Shown here in pieces: positions 21,695 through 30,600 of a stretch of 64,000 nucleotides of DNA. Position numbers and translations under genes: made by a program. Location of the stretch: assembly GCA_023138875.1 (NCBI GenBank), contig JAGLOO010000037.1:23471-87470 (forward strand). The letters run 5' to 3'. The notes under the pieces are model-generated. The model made no database searches. It had not been told where the DNA came from and worked only from the letters and a program-made list of their open reading frames with translations. The DNA comes from Bacteroidales bacterium (GTDB lineage: Bacteria > Bacteroidota > Bacteroidia > Bacteroidales > GCA-2748055). How positions within the stretch are numbered: position 1 is the stretch's first letter; the number at the start of each line of letters is the position of its first letter.

Positions 21695-21991
21695 ATGCGG
21701 AAGAACCATATAACTATGAAAACACAAGAGCTGAATGAAGCAAGGGTAAATGTGATTATTGAAGAATTCACTGACTACGTTGAAAATTACTACGATGAAG
21801 ACAATGAACCAAATGATGTGTCAAGCATCGTAAATGATCACTTTGAGGAATTTACTGATTGGGCATTTGATGATTTTGTTATTAATGAAGGGGAACGAGA
21901 TACCTTACTAAATAACAATGAAAGGGAATTACACGAAATTATTAAGCGGGAAGTTGCGAGTGAATTCAGGATAGCATTGAACAATCGGTAG
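21695..21991 (+). CDS. small, strongly acidic hypothetical protein
   Basis: 98-aa ORF (alternative ATG at 21716) very rich in D/E (EEFTDYVENYYDEDNEPNDV...EEFTDWAFDDF). Lies just outside the first tRNA-Asp scar. Confidence 0.4.
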   Translation: MRKNHITMKTQELNEARVNVIIEEFTDYVENYYDEDNEPNDVSSIVNDHFEEFTDWAFDDFVINEGERDTLLNNNERELHEIIKREVASEFRIALNNR

Positions 21992-22149
21992 ATCAAAAAC
22001 GATTTCAATCTCTTTTTCGATGAATCCTGTAAGTGGAAGCTTGCAGGATTTTTCTTGTCAGGAGAAGTCTGAGAATTGGTTTTTTTGTCCCAATATTTGC
22101 ACTAAATAAAATTAATCCCTTGAAATTCAAGGGATTATTTAACCTGTGA

Positions 22150-22172
22150 GCGGTCTGGACGGGGCTTGATAC
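22150..22172. repeat. degenerate copy of the tRNA-Asp 3' end (old att scar)
   Basis: GCGGTCTGGACGGG matches 14/14 nt of the repeat at 24331 and 51449, then degenerates (GCTTGATAC vs ACTCGAACC). Preceded by a hairpin (ATCCCTTGAAATTCAAGGGAT), as are the other two copies. Confidence 0.5.
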
Positions 22173-22243
22173 GAAACCATGTCAACCATTATACAAGGGT
22201 TACATCCTGTTTTAGTGTCTAAATTGATGTCTAATTCTGGTGT

Positions 22244-23014
22244 CTAATTTTCATAGTTGAAGGCTTTGATTATCTGACTCAACACTCTTTCCGAAGATAT
22301 TCTGCCAATTCCCATATTTCTGAATAATTCCTTTCCTGGCAATTCTTCAGTTATATCTTTAATGAAATTAGTCATGTCATTCTTTATTGATCCAGGTAGT
22401 TCAAACTGATCTCCTTCAGGCAACATGGCTCCCAATCTAAATATATCACCTTTATGTTTACGAAGAAGCTTGCTATCCTCCTTGCTCCCCTTTTTGATGC
22501 GCTCAGTTATTTCAAGATAAGCTTTGGCCTTGAGACAAATTAGTGATTCGATATTTGCACGATGTAAGCCATTAACCTCACTACTATGTTCGAGAATAAA
22601 ACCATAGTATTCATCATCAAGCAGAATGGCCGAAAGGCTGCTCAAATCATCTGGCGTTGGGATTGGGGTTAAATGTATTCCTTCATCGATATGAATCAGG
22701 TCTGGATTTCGGGAAAACAATTCAATCTGAAATGGGAATTCTCCCTGCTCAGGTTTTACAAATCGGTAATATTTCCTTTCTGTATCGCTAGATTCATTTC
22801 GTTCATATCTGCCATCTTTCACAAATTGCCAGAACTGCTTCACAAAGTCTGAAGATAAAGCCTCAACCACCAGGATCAAATCAATATCCTTGGTGGCACG
22901 GGGATAAAACCCAGCTTCATCAATGATCAAATCACACGCTGTCCCTCCAATGATCACATAGTTTTGAGAAAAATCCTTGAAATATTTAATGAATACGTCT
23001 AAGCCTTTTACCAT
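22244..23014 (-). CDS. nucleotidyltransferase-fold protein (AbiEii/AbiGii toxin-like)
   Basis: YVIIGGTACDLIIDE...ATKDIDLILVV is the G[GS]-x(n)-DxD minimal nucleotidyltransferase signature at the N-terminus of a 256-aa protein. Overlaps the upstream partner gene by 7 nt. Confidence 0.6.
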   Translation of the reverse strand: MVKGLDVFIKYFKDFSQNYVIIGGTACDLIIDEAGFYPRATKDIDLILVVEALSSDFVKQFWQFVKDGRYERNESSDTERKYYRFVKPEQGEFPFQIELFSRNPDLIHIDEGIHLTPIPTPDDLSSLSAILLDDEYYGFILEHSSEVNGLHRANIESLICLKAKAYLEITERIKKGSKEDSKLLRKHKGDIFRLGAMLPEGDQFELPGSIKNDMTNFIKDITEELPGKELFRNMGIGRISSERVLSQIIKAFNYEN

Positions 23015-24006
23015 TGGTATCTATCAATTATTTGCTCACATGCCATTTCTATTCGTTCATCTCCCGTATCCTTTAAGCTTAGATAGAGAGAGAGAGGATC
23101 AACATATTTAGCCGATGTTGTCAATCTTACCGGATTGTAACTCCATACCTCGATGCAATACCTTCCTTCATCACTATTCGGATTTACAAATGATTGCCTC
23201 TTTTCCAATTCATGATATATCTTCTTATCAACCGCTATGTAATCCTGGTTTCCCGGATTTAAATCAGAGTACTCCCCTATAGCGGAAAAATACGAGTAAT
23301 ATAGGTTCAAGCCATCAGGGATTTCATCAATAAACACCCTTTTCAAAACAGGGCTACGTAAGAGATTCATCTTCTCAGTCTGATCCCAAAGCTCCTTTTT
23401 CTCCAACTTGAAACTGATGGATTTCTCCTTCGTTCCGATAATATCAATGAGATCAAATCGTTCTAAATCTTTTGCAGCTTTTGTAATAGCCATGGGAGTA
23501 TAACCGGTCATGTCAGCGACTAGTTTAAGTGAATACTCCGCAAGACTATACCTGGCTGTAGAGAAGACCAAGTGATAAATTAATAAAAACTGTGCAGAAG
23601 GAAGTAATACATCCCGCTGACGATGAAACGCAGATCTGGAATGCTCCTCCTTCAAATCAAGTAACAAAGAAGGAAGGAATAGCTGTTTTCCTGGAACGAT
23701 AAAATCTACCTTTCTTTCAATCAACCTTCCTCTTTGTATTGCCGAGATCGAAGGCAGCAACAAAACAACTAGTTTTTCATAGCTGTTTTGTACTATAGCT
23801 AAATGTTTTAACAAATTCCCTATGATTAACTTATCTAAATCCTTCGGCTCCATGATAATCAAAGACCTACTCAGTAATACCGCTGATTTCAGATTGTATG
23901 TCTCGCGAATAAACAACGGTAGGTTTGCATAAAGCAATTCGGGAACAGCATCCTCTTGAACAGTCTCACCTAACACTTTACTAATAAAATCGCTTAGACG
24001 ACTCAT
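23008..24006 (-). CDS. putative cognate partner (antitoxin/regulator-like, winged-helix segment)
   Basis: 332 aa. LKLVADMTGYTPMAITKAAKDLERFDLIDIIG resembles a wHTH. Translationally coupled to the nucleotidyltransferase gene. Function inferred from the pairing only. Confidence 0.4.
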   Translation of the reverse strand: MSRLSDFISKVLGETVQEDAVPELLYANLPLFIRETYNLKSAVLLSRSLIIMEPKDLDKLIIGNLLKHLAIVQNSYEKLVVLLLPSISAIQRGRLIERKVDFIVPGKQLFLPSLLLDLKEEHSRSAFHRQRDVLLPSAQFLLIYHLVFSTARYSLAEYSLKLVADMTGYTPMAITKAAKDLERFDLIDIIGTKEKSISFKLEKKELWDQTEKMNLLRSPVLKRVFIDEIPDGLNLYYSYFSAIGEYSDLNPGNQDYIAVDKKIYHELEKRQSFVNPNSDEGRYCIEVWSYNPVRLTTSAKYVDPLSLYLSLKDTGDERIEMACEQIIDRYQW

Positions 24007-24058
24007 TTAATGATTAATAAACTTACTATTATATAATATATCACATTTGTTTATCATA

Positions 24059-24066
24059 CAAATATA
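24059..24066 (-). promoter_or_regulatory. candidate Bacteroidota -7 box (TATATTTG) for the 24006-22244 operon
   Basis: Reverse complement of 24059-24066 is TATATTTG (TAnnTTTG consensus), 53 nt upstream of the ATG at 24006. Confidence 0.3.
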
Positions 24067-24330
24067 CGTTTATTATACTGATTTACAAATCACAAAATAT
24101 TGCATTCCATACTATGGAAGAAGACAGGAGAAAATGATACTGATCTTTCAGTACAGAAGGGCAGATATGCACTTAATAACTATCTTTCTCCGAAATTCAA
24201 GAGAATAAGAGCAATGTGATAGTGGATAATTCAGTGTCTAAAAGAGGGCGAAAAGACAACGGTTGCGGTCTGACTTTTGTATCTAAACGACAAAACCCCT
24301 TGATTTACAAGAGGTTTCGTCTAATTTAAG

Positions 24331-24352
24331 GCGGTCTGGACGGGACTCGAAC
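24331..24352. repeat. distal att direct repeat: 22-bp copy of the tRNA-Asp 3' end
   Basis: GCGGTCTGGACGGGACTCGAAC is identical to 51449-51470, which is the T-loop-to-3'-end part of the intact tRNA-Asp. Confidence 0.85.
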
Positions 24353-24463
24353 TTACAAATACTCATGATTATTGATGATCTTCTACACCCCTTGTATAAA
24401 GGGCTGTTCAGCAACTCTCCTGTCAGACAAAGTTATCAAATCTAATCAAATGTTGGTAATTTT

Positions 24464-24484
24464 ATGACCCCTATAGTAACCCCG
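24464..24484 (+). repeat. 21-nt motif ATGACCCCTATAGTAACCCCG, repeated near the other element end (candidate arm-type recombinase/Xis site)
   Basis: 19/21 identical to 51373-51393 (ATGACCCCCATAGTGACCCCG) in the same orientation. Both lie inside the element, 112 and 56 nt from the core repeats. Confidence 0.45.
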
Positions 24485-24499
24485 CTTATGATTTTTTCA

Positions 24500-24507
24500 T
24501 AGATTTG
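24500..24507 (+). promoter_or_regulatory. candidate -7 box (TAGATTTG) upstream of the integrase
   Basis: Matches TAnnTTTG. Being only 10 nt from the ATG at 24518, it favours the downstream ATG at 24536 (MASFRF...) as the real start. Confidence 0.3.
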
Positions 24508-24517
24508 TCAAGGTCAA

Positions 24518-25789
24518 ATGTTAAAATGTATCGCTATGGCAAGTTTTCGATTCGCTCTCCGGGATCCCAAAGCCGAAAGGGAAACCCGAATCCGCCTACA
24601 GGTAAGGTATGGATCAAATAAGGTAACCGTTTATTTTGGTGAAAGTGTACACCCAAATCATTGGAACCAGGGATCACAAAAGGTTAAAGGAATCAAAACC
24701 GCCCCTGAGATTAACGGGCGTCTTGAAAACATCAGAACGGCCGCAAAGAATACCCATGGCCAATATCTCAACACGCATGATCAAAAGGAGCCGCCACCTG
24801 GCGAGCTGAAGAAGCTCATTGAAATTGCGCTAAATCTGCGATCAAAAGAGCCAGAGCTTGATTTCTTCGGTTACTTCGAGAAGTTCATTAAAATCCAAAC
24901 TTTAAGATGTGAGACAGACGGCAAGGATCCTCGCAAGACTGTCGTAAAGGATTATGATCGCTCCTTGGAACTTTTGCAGGAATACTCTCGGAAATACATG
25001 AAACTTGAGTTCGGCAATATTGATGAAGAGTTCTATCACAAATATGTCAAATTCCTGAAAGAAGCCAAGGCGTTCAAAGTGAACACCGTTGGCAAGCACA
25101 TCAAATGTCTGAAGTCATTCTTAAACTGGTCAACGGGAAAGGGGTATAATGATAATCTAACCTTCCGGACCAGGGAATTCAAGGTTCTTACTGAAGAAAG
25201 CGTTAACTTTTATCTGACTGAACAGGAGCTTCAAATAATGAAAGACCTGGATCTGAGGCCCGAGCTTGAGCGTTACCGGGATTCATTTTTAATTGCAGCT
25301 TGGACCGGCCTGAGGCATTCTGATTTCTCCAGGTTGACAGAGGAAAACATTGACTATGAGGATAAGGTTATCCGGATTCAGACCAAGAAAACCGGCGAAT
25401 CGGTGGTGATCCCATTCTTGCCAGAGTTGAAAAATGTCATAGAGAAGTACCAGGAAAAGGATCTTCCATCCTACGCGAACCAGCCGATGAACCGGTACCT
25501 TAAAGAAATCGGCAGAACCATGTCCCAAAAGGTTCAGGAACTAAATATGAATGGTGAGCTAAAGTTGAAGGATTATTCCCGGTTGACTACTCATGTCGGT
25601 CGGAGGTCTTTCGCATCAAATATGTATTTTCGGGGCATCGACATTGAGATGATCATGGCAATCACCGGCCACAGGACCGAAAAGCTATTCCGTCAATATA
25701 TAAAGGTGTCAGGAGAGGATAAAGCCGCCAAGTTCCTGAAGCAAGCCCAAGAACACAAACCAGTTATCAACCTCAAAATCGCTCAATAA
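24518..25789 (+). CDS. tyrosine recombinase / site-specific integrase (Bacteroidota IntDOT-like with N-terminal arm-binding domain)
   Basis: AAWTGLRHSD (Arg), THVGRRSFASNMY (HxxR) and ITGHRTEKLFRQYIKV (His...Tyr). N-terminal FRFALRDPKAERETRIRLQVRYG resembles the arm-DNA-binding domain. Confidence 0.9.
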   Translation: MLKCIAMASFRFALRDPKAERETRIRLQVRYGSNKVTVYFGESVHPNHWNQGSQKVKGIKTAPEINGRLENIRTAAKNTHGQYLNTHDQKEPPPGELKKLIEIALNLRSKEPELDFFGYFEKFIKIQTLRCETDGKDPRKTVVKDYDRSLELLQEYSRKYMKLEFGNIDEEFYHKYVKFLKEAKAFKVNTVGKHIKCLKSFLNWSTGKGYNDNLTFRTREFKVLTEESVNFYLTEQELQIMKDLDLRPELERYRDSFLIAAWTGLRHSDFSRLTEENIDYEDKVIRIQTKKTGESVVIPFLPELKNVIEKYQEKDLPSYANQPMNRYLKEIGRTMSQKVQELNMNGELKLKDYSRLTTHVGRRSFASNMYFRGIDIEMIMAITGHRTEKLFRQYIKVSGEDKAAKFLKQAQEHKPVINLKIAQ

Positions 25790-25843
25790 TAATATGAAAG
25801 TGGGGACAATATCCCAGACCAGTGAAGTATTAATTACGCTGAA

Positions 25844-26515
25844 ATGAACAAATCAAGAGGGTTTTATCTCGCCCAGGAACTGTGGCACTTTGTAGTCATG
25901 AATCTTCCCCCCTATGAAGCATTTAAACAGAAATATGCTTCTTATCTTCAAGAACTTAAAACAAAAGGGGAGAAAGAAACATACCATAATGCTTATATTG
26001 CACTCTGTGATAATCGCACTCGATATGTTGGATTTGATTTAGATTATCTCCAGACTATCTCTGAGATTCGTAGCTATATCTTGAGAGAAGTTACCAACAT
26101 GAGAGAAAGAACTCCACCTCCTGAGGTGACGAATTTCAACTTCGATCTTGATAACGAAATGTATGCTGAATTATATGATATTCTTGCGAAGAAACTTGAG
26201 ATTGTAGACCTAGAAAAAACTGATATTTCGACTTTTAGGAATGTACTGTCTCATGATTGGAATTCACATGAAGAGAAGATTTATTTGTGTAGCAAGACTA
26301 ATGAATTTGCATTAGCAGCTTCTATCATTGAAAAACAATTCGAGAGATTCACACCTAAAAATATAGAAACTTCTAAAAAGTTCATTTCGAAAAGGGGAAT
26401 CCCAATTACCTCGAATAATATTAGCAGTAGTAATTCGCAGACAAGGAAAGTCGGAGGACTCCCAAACAAGGAAAAAATAACATCCTTGATAACAAACCTA
26501 TTCGCAAAACATTAA
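25844..26515 (+). CDS. hypothetical protein
   Basis: 223-aa ORF co-directional with the integrase. No motif recognised. Confidence 0.5.
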   Translation: MNKSRGFYLAQELWHFVVMNLPPYEAFKQKYASYLQELKTKGEKETYHNAYIALCDNRTRYVGFDLDYLQTISEIRSYILREVTNMRERTPPPEVTNFNFDLDNEMYAELYDILAKKLEIVDLEKTDISTFRNVLSHDWNSHEEKIYLCSKTNEFALAASIIEKQFERFTPKNIETSKKFISKRGIPITSNNISSSNSQTRKVGGLPNKEKITSLITNLFAKH

Positions 26516-26594
26516 GTTTATTAAGCCATCTTAATGACTTAATCCCTTCTTATCCATTTTTTTTAGATTTTTGATTTATGCTTAACAATCAAGC

Positions 26595-26921
26595 ATGATG
26601 TTGAGCATCTATTGTCAATATAAACCAGAGGATATGAAAAAGGATGTAACTCAAGAGGGGTGCAATCATGGGAATGATTTCAGCTTAACAAAACCGATTT
26701 TAACCTTTACTGAAGGATGTCAACTTACTGGAATCAGTAACAGTTACATGTACAAACTAACATCTCAAAGGAAAATTCCTCATTTCAAACCAAACGGAAA
26801 ACTGATCTATTTTGACAGAGGTGAGTTAATTTCTTGGTTAAAGTCAAATCGTATTACCACTGTCAAGGAAGAGCTGGCTCAGTCCAAATCCAAAAACGGT
26901 GATAATAATAAAGGAGGATGA
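26595..26921 (+). CDS. excisionase-type helix-turn-helix DNA-binding protein
   Basis: LTFTEGCQLTGISNSYMYKLTSQRKIPHFKPNGKLIYFDRGELISWL matches the Xis/MerR-like HTH_17 pattern. True start may be the internal M (MKKDV, ~26634). Confidence 0.65.
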   Translation: MMLSIYCQYKPEDMKKDVTQEGCNHGNDFSLTKPILTFTEGCQLTGISNSYMYKLTSQRKIPHFKPNGKLIYFDRGELISWLKSNRITTVKEELAQSKSKNGDNNKGG

Positions 26922-26924
26922 GAG

Positions 26925-27236
26925 ATGGAAATATTAACTGCTGAATATAAAGCACACCTGGAAGAGGTAGCGCGCAAAGCTGGTGCCGAAGAGGCGATGA
27001 AGGTGCTAGAGGAGCAGATGGATGGGCAAACCCAGAAAAGAAAAAAACACCTGGTCCCTGTAAAGCAACTCTCCAAGGAAATCGGCGTATCCGTCCCCAC
27101 CCTCATCCGACACCGTAACAATGGCTTAATTGAGGGATTTCGATTCGGAGGTCGCATTTTATATGATGTAGACCAGGTACTGGGGGAAATGCAAAGCACG
27201 CTGAGGATAAAAAAGAAAGGGCCGCACAATGACTAA
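26925..27236 (+). CDS. second excisionase-type HTH protein
   Basis: VPVKQLSKEIGVSVPTLIRHRNNGLIEGFRFGGRILYDVDQV follows the same HTH-plus-wing pattern. Confidence 0.55.
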   Translation: MEILTAEYKAHLEEVARKAGAEEAMKVLEEQMDGQTQKRKKHLVPVKQLSKEIGVSVPTLIRHRNNGLIEGFRFGGRILYDVDQVLGEMQSTLRIKKKGPHND

Positions 27237-27636
27237 ATCATCGAACGGCCCGAATTATCTTTATAACGCACAGGATAAAGATAAGCAATTATTTCTACAG
27301 ATATTCAGGAATCAAGTAGAAAATGAAACAGGAAAATCAATTTCCCAACTGAAAAGAGACAAAATTCTTGCCAGGGATAACTATCAGTGCTGTGCGTGTG
27401 GAAAAAAACATCTGCTCGGCATCTATCTTCTTAAGGATACACCCTCCTTCCTATCCAAAAAAGAAATACCTGCAGTGTATCATGTCACTCTTTGTCTTGT
27501 ATGCAGAATCAGACTGTTTCTGATAGATTGTGGTCTGGTGATCAATGTGGATAAGGCTTGTGATTTCTGGTGTCGTATCTACCATTCAGGAATTTACAGA
27601 GCAGAGCAATACCTCAATAATCTGGCATTACCATGA
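27229..27636 (+). CDS. Cys-rich hypothetical protein (degenerate HNH-like zinc ribbon?)
   Basis: ARDNYQCCACGKK...HVTLCLVCR has two CxxC pairs. Overlaps both neighbours (8 nt and 4 nt). Confidence 0.4.
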   Translation: MTKSSNGPNYLYNAQDKDKQLFLQIFRNQVENETGKSISQLKRDKILARDNYQCCACGKKHLLGIYLLKDTPSFLSKKEIPAVYHVTLCLVCRIRLFLIDCGLVINVDKACDFWCRIYHSGIYRAEQYLNNLALP

Positions 27637-28460
27637 ATAAAAGCCCAGCATTCTTACTATATCCCAGGGACTTCCTTGAAGGAACAGAAGATATGACCTA
27701 TGAAGAAACAGGAATGTATATCCGCCTTCTTTGCCATGAATGGGAGCGGGGATATTTACCTGCTGATAAAGGTAGGTTAAGCCGACTCTTAAGGGTACCC
27801 TTAAGCACCCTTGAGGTACCCTGGCAAATATTGAGCGAAAAATTTGAGGAAAAAGACGGAAAATTGTTCAATTCTCGCCTGGAGAATGAAAGAAAATCCA
27901 GAATTGAATACATAGAGGGGCAAAAACTTAAAGGAACTATTGGAGCCTTTCTCAAAATCCAGAAGCGGCAACTCCTTAAAAAAGAGTATGATAAGTTGAA
28001 GTCCTCCGTTTTAGAAATTGATACCAAGGGAATGGATAAGGGTACCCTAGAGGCAACCCTTAAGAGTACCCTTAAGGCTAGCTTAAGCACGCGCGTTGAA
28101 AATGAAGATGGTAATATTTGTATTGATAATAGTAGTATTAAGTATAGTAGTTACTATGATAAACAAATAGAGTTAGCTCAGGTAGAGAATAACCTTCAAT
28201 ATGAGGAAGTAGTAAAAATCCTATTCGGAAACAATTCTCTGAAACAAAAGCTATCTGCCGTCCTCTCCCTTCGTACACAGCTATCATTTGAGCAATCCAA
28301 AGAGCTAATGTTCTACAAAGCGAAACACAAAATCTCTTTCGGAGAGATCCTGGTTGAAATGGAAGGATGGAAGCCCCTCACCCAAAAACACACCACAGTA
28401 TTTGGTTCCTTCAAAACCTTCATGAAAAACAAGTACCCCGAACTAAAGAAAACCTCATGA
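27633..28460 (+). CDS. DUF1376 (YdaU-like) phage replication-associated protein
   Basis: PAFLLYPRDFLEGTEDMTYEETGMYIRLLCHEWERGYLP is the characteristic DUF1376 N-terminus. Confidence 0.7.
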   Translation: MNKSPAFLLYPRDFLEGTEDMTYEETGMYIRLLCHEWERGYLPADKGRLSRLLRVPLSTLEVPWQILSEKFEEKDGKLFNSRLENERKSRIEYIEGQKLKGTIGAFLKIQKRQLLKKEYDKLKSSVLEIDTKGMDKGTLEATLKSTLKASLSTRVENEDGNICIDNSSIKYSSYYDKQIELAQVENNLQYEEVVKILFGNNSLKQKLSAVLSLRTQLSFEQSKELMFYKAKHKISFGEILVEMEGWKPLTQKHTTVFGSFKTFMKNKYPELKKTS

Positions 28461-30229
28461 TCGAAGCATTCAAGAAATATCAAGCTGCCGGATTCGCCAC
28501 CCTTCCAACCAAACAGGACAAATCACCTGATGTGAAAGGAACCTGGAAAGGTGGTATACAGGATCCAGAGGCATACCGAACCGCTCATGGCATTGGAATC
28601 ATTTGCGGGAAACTATCCGGAGGGTTTGAATGCGTGGATTTTGATAATCACTTCGGAGATGCAAAGGAAATCATTTCGGAATTTTCCCGGATCGAGGAGG
28701 TGAAGGAAATCTTCACAAAATATTCCTTTCCTATTGAATCAACCGTATCCGGTGGGTTTCACCTCATTTACCGGTGCAGCACTATTGCAGGGAACCAAAA
28801 GCTGGCACAAAGACCAAAAAAAGAGGGTGACCGGTGGCGCCCGGATACGATCATCGAGACCAGAGGCGAAGGCGGGTACTTTTGCGTGGATCCGACACCT
28901 GGTTACAAAGTGATCAGGAATGATATCACACAGGTACCGGAAATTACTCCGGAGGAAAGAGAGATCCTACTATCTGCTGCAAAGAGTTTCAATACCTGGA
29001 ATGATACCCGGAAGAACGAGTTTGAAGAAACAGATCGGCCAGGAGATATTTTTAACACCAAGCCTGAAGCAGTTGAAGAGACGAGATCCGCCCTGATCGG
29101 TGCCGGGTGGAAGGAACTCACCCCCGAACTCTGGCAGCGGCCAGGGAAGAAGAAAGGAATAAGTGGCACATTGGGGAAAGTGGCTCCGGGCGTATTCTAC
29201 AACTTCAGCAGCAATGGGCACCCATTCGATTCCGGAAAGGCATACACGCCCTTCCAGGTAATCGGACTTCTGAAATACAACGGTGATTTTAAAACCTTCG
29301 CGAAAGAGCTTGCCGAAAGATATGAACTGAGTAAACCTCCAAAAACCCGCTCCGGGAATTCCCCGACTGGATCTACTGGTAATAGCAAACCAAAGGAGAC
29401 TGGTCCGGAACTCGAACAGATCCTCAACAAGGCATATATCGATCTTGAAATCCCGGTATCAAAACCACCAGTGATTATGCGAATACGCGATTATGAAGCC
29501 ACCAGGTCAATTGATAGGCGACTGTTCACCCTGGGTAACTTCTCCGCCGTAATTGGTAAAAGTAAGAGTAAAAAAACCTTCCTTGGCACTCTCTTCCTGG
29601 CATCTGCAGCAGACAATGGATCTATCCAAAATAAAATCATTGCAGATTTTCCGGAAAACAAACAGGCGGTCCTGCTATTCGATACCGAGCAGAGCCGTTA
29701 CGATTCATACCTGAGCAGCTCACGAATTCCAAAAATATTGGGATATATCCCGAAGAATTTTGGCGCTTTTGACCTGCGGGAGTACTCACCCCATGAAAGG
29801 TGCAATATCATCGAATTTGGCCTTGAAAAGTGGAAAAACAGCCTCGGATTCGTGGTGATTGACGGAATAGCCGACCTGGCCACCGCGATCAATGACGAGG
29901 TAGAAGCCAGCAGGGTAGTTTCACTTCTCATGCGGTGGACCAAGATTTATAACTGTCACATTCACGTTGTGATCCATGAGAACAAAGGTGACAACAATGC
30001 AACCGGTCACCTGGGTTCTGCAATTCAAAAAAAGGCCGAGGCCATCATTTCTGTAAAGAAGGACACCAAGAAATTCCGGAGAAGCTATGTTTCCTGCACC
30101 CTGATCAGGGGAACGGCCGATTTCAATGACTTCAGTTTCATTATTAACGAAGATGGACTGCCGGAGGTTGAGGAACTTAAAATGAGTGAAGTAATGAATT
30201 TCACTGAACCCGTTAGAGATGAATTCTGA
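28457..30229 (+). CDS. bifunctional primase-polymerase (PrimPol) fused to a RecA/DnaB-like P-loop ATPase
   Basis: GIGIICGKLSGGFECVDFDNH (DxD), GGFHLIYRC and ETRGEGGYFCVDPTPGY are PrimPol motifs. The C-terminal half has AVIGKSKSKKTFL (Walker A) and GFVVIDGIADL (Walker B). Start moved to the ATG at 28457 (ATGA overlap with the upstream stop) from the track's 28367. Confidence 0.85.
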   Translation: MIEAFKKYQAAGFATLPTKQDKSPDVKGTWKGGIQDPEAYRTAHGIGIICGKLSGGFECVDFDNHFGDAKEIISEFSRIEEVKEIFTKYSFPIESTVSGGFHLIYRCSTIAGNQKLAQRPKKEGDRWRPDTIIETRGEGGYFCVDPTPGYKVIRNDITQVPEITPEEREILLSAAKSFNTWNDTRKNEFEETDRPGDIFNTKPEAVEETRSALIGAGWKELTPELWQRPGKKKGISGTLGKVAPGVFYNFSSNGHPFDSGKAYTPFQVIGLLKYNGDFKTFAKELAERYELSKPPKTRSGNSPTGSTGNSKPKETGPELEQILNKAYIDLEIPVSKPPVIMRIRDYEATRSIDRRLFTLGNFSAVIGKSKSKKTFLGTLFLASAADNGSIQNKIIADFPENKQAVLLFDTEQSRYDSYLSSSRIPKILGYIPKNFGAFDLREYSPHERCNIIEFGLEKWKNSLGFVVIDGIADLATAINDEVEASRVVSLLMRWTKIYNCHIHVVIHENKGDNNATGHLGSAIQKKAEAIISVKKDTKKFRRSYVSCTLIRGTADFNDFSFIINEDGLPEVEELKMSEVMNFTEPVRDEF

Positions 30230-30303
30230 AAAGACCACATACGAATTGAAGCCAAGCCATTATTGCATTAAATGATTGAGTATAAACTATAAATCAAATA
30301 GAG

Positions 30304-30600
30304 ATGAAAGAAACAATTGCTTATGAATGTGAGTTTTGCGGAAAAATCTACAAGAATCTTGCTAGCTGCAAAAGCCACGAGTACAAATGCTATTTCAATC
30401 CTCGAACACGGAGCTGCGCAAGTTGCGCTTTAAACAGATATGAGGAGCAATCGGTCTCGGAGGGGGTAACCCGAATGACACGGATTTGCCTAATGAGTGT
30501 CCCCGTAGAAGTTGAAGGATTGAAAACAAAATGTCGGCTGTATCAAGAGAAAATGCATGTTGCCAATTCAGAAATATTGGAACCCATGATTGATCAATGA
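30304..30600 (+). CDS. small zinc-finger protein
   Basis: YECEFCGKIYKNLASCKSHEYKC is C2H2-like, followed by CASCAL. Confidence 0.5.
   Translation: MKETIAYECEFCGKIYKNLASCKSHEYKCYFNPRTRSCASCALNRYEEQSVSEGVTRMTRICLMSVPVEVEGLKTKCRLYQEKMHVANSEILEPMIDQ

Larger units (their letters stand above)
22150..24352. mobile_element. 2.2-kb relic of an integrated element between two tRNA-Asp 3'-end copies, carrying only an AbiE-like gene pair
   Basis: Bounded by the degenerate scar at 22150 and the perfect 22-bp copy at 24331. No integrase present. Confidence 0.4.

Noticed and set aside
28367-28456. Upstream start (28367) of the PrimPol-helicase ORF
   Set aside because: It would overlap the DUF1376 gene by 94 nt. 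The ATG at 28457 forms an ATGA stop/start junction like the neighbouring genes, and the PrimPol homology begins right there.
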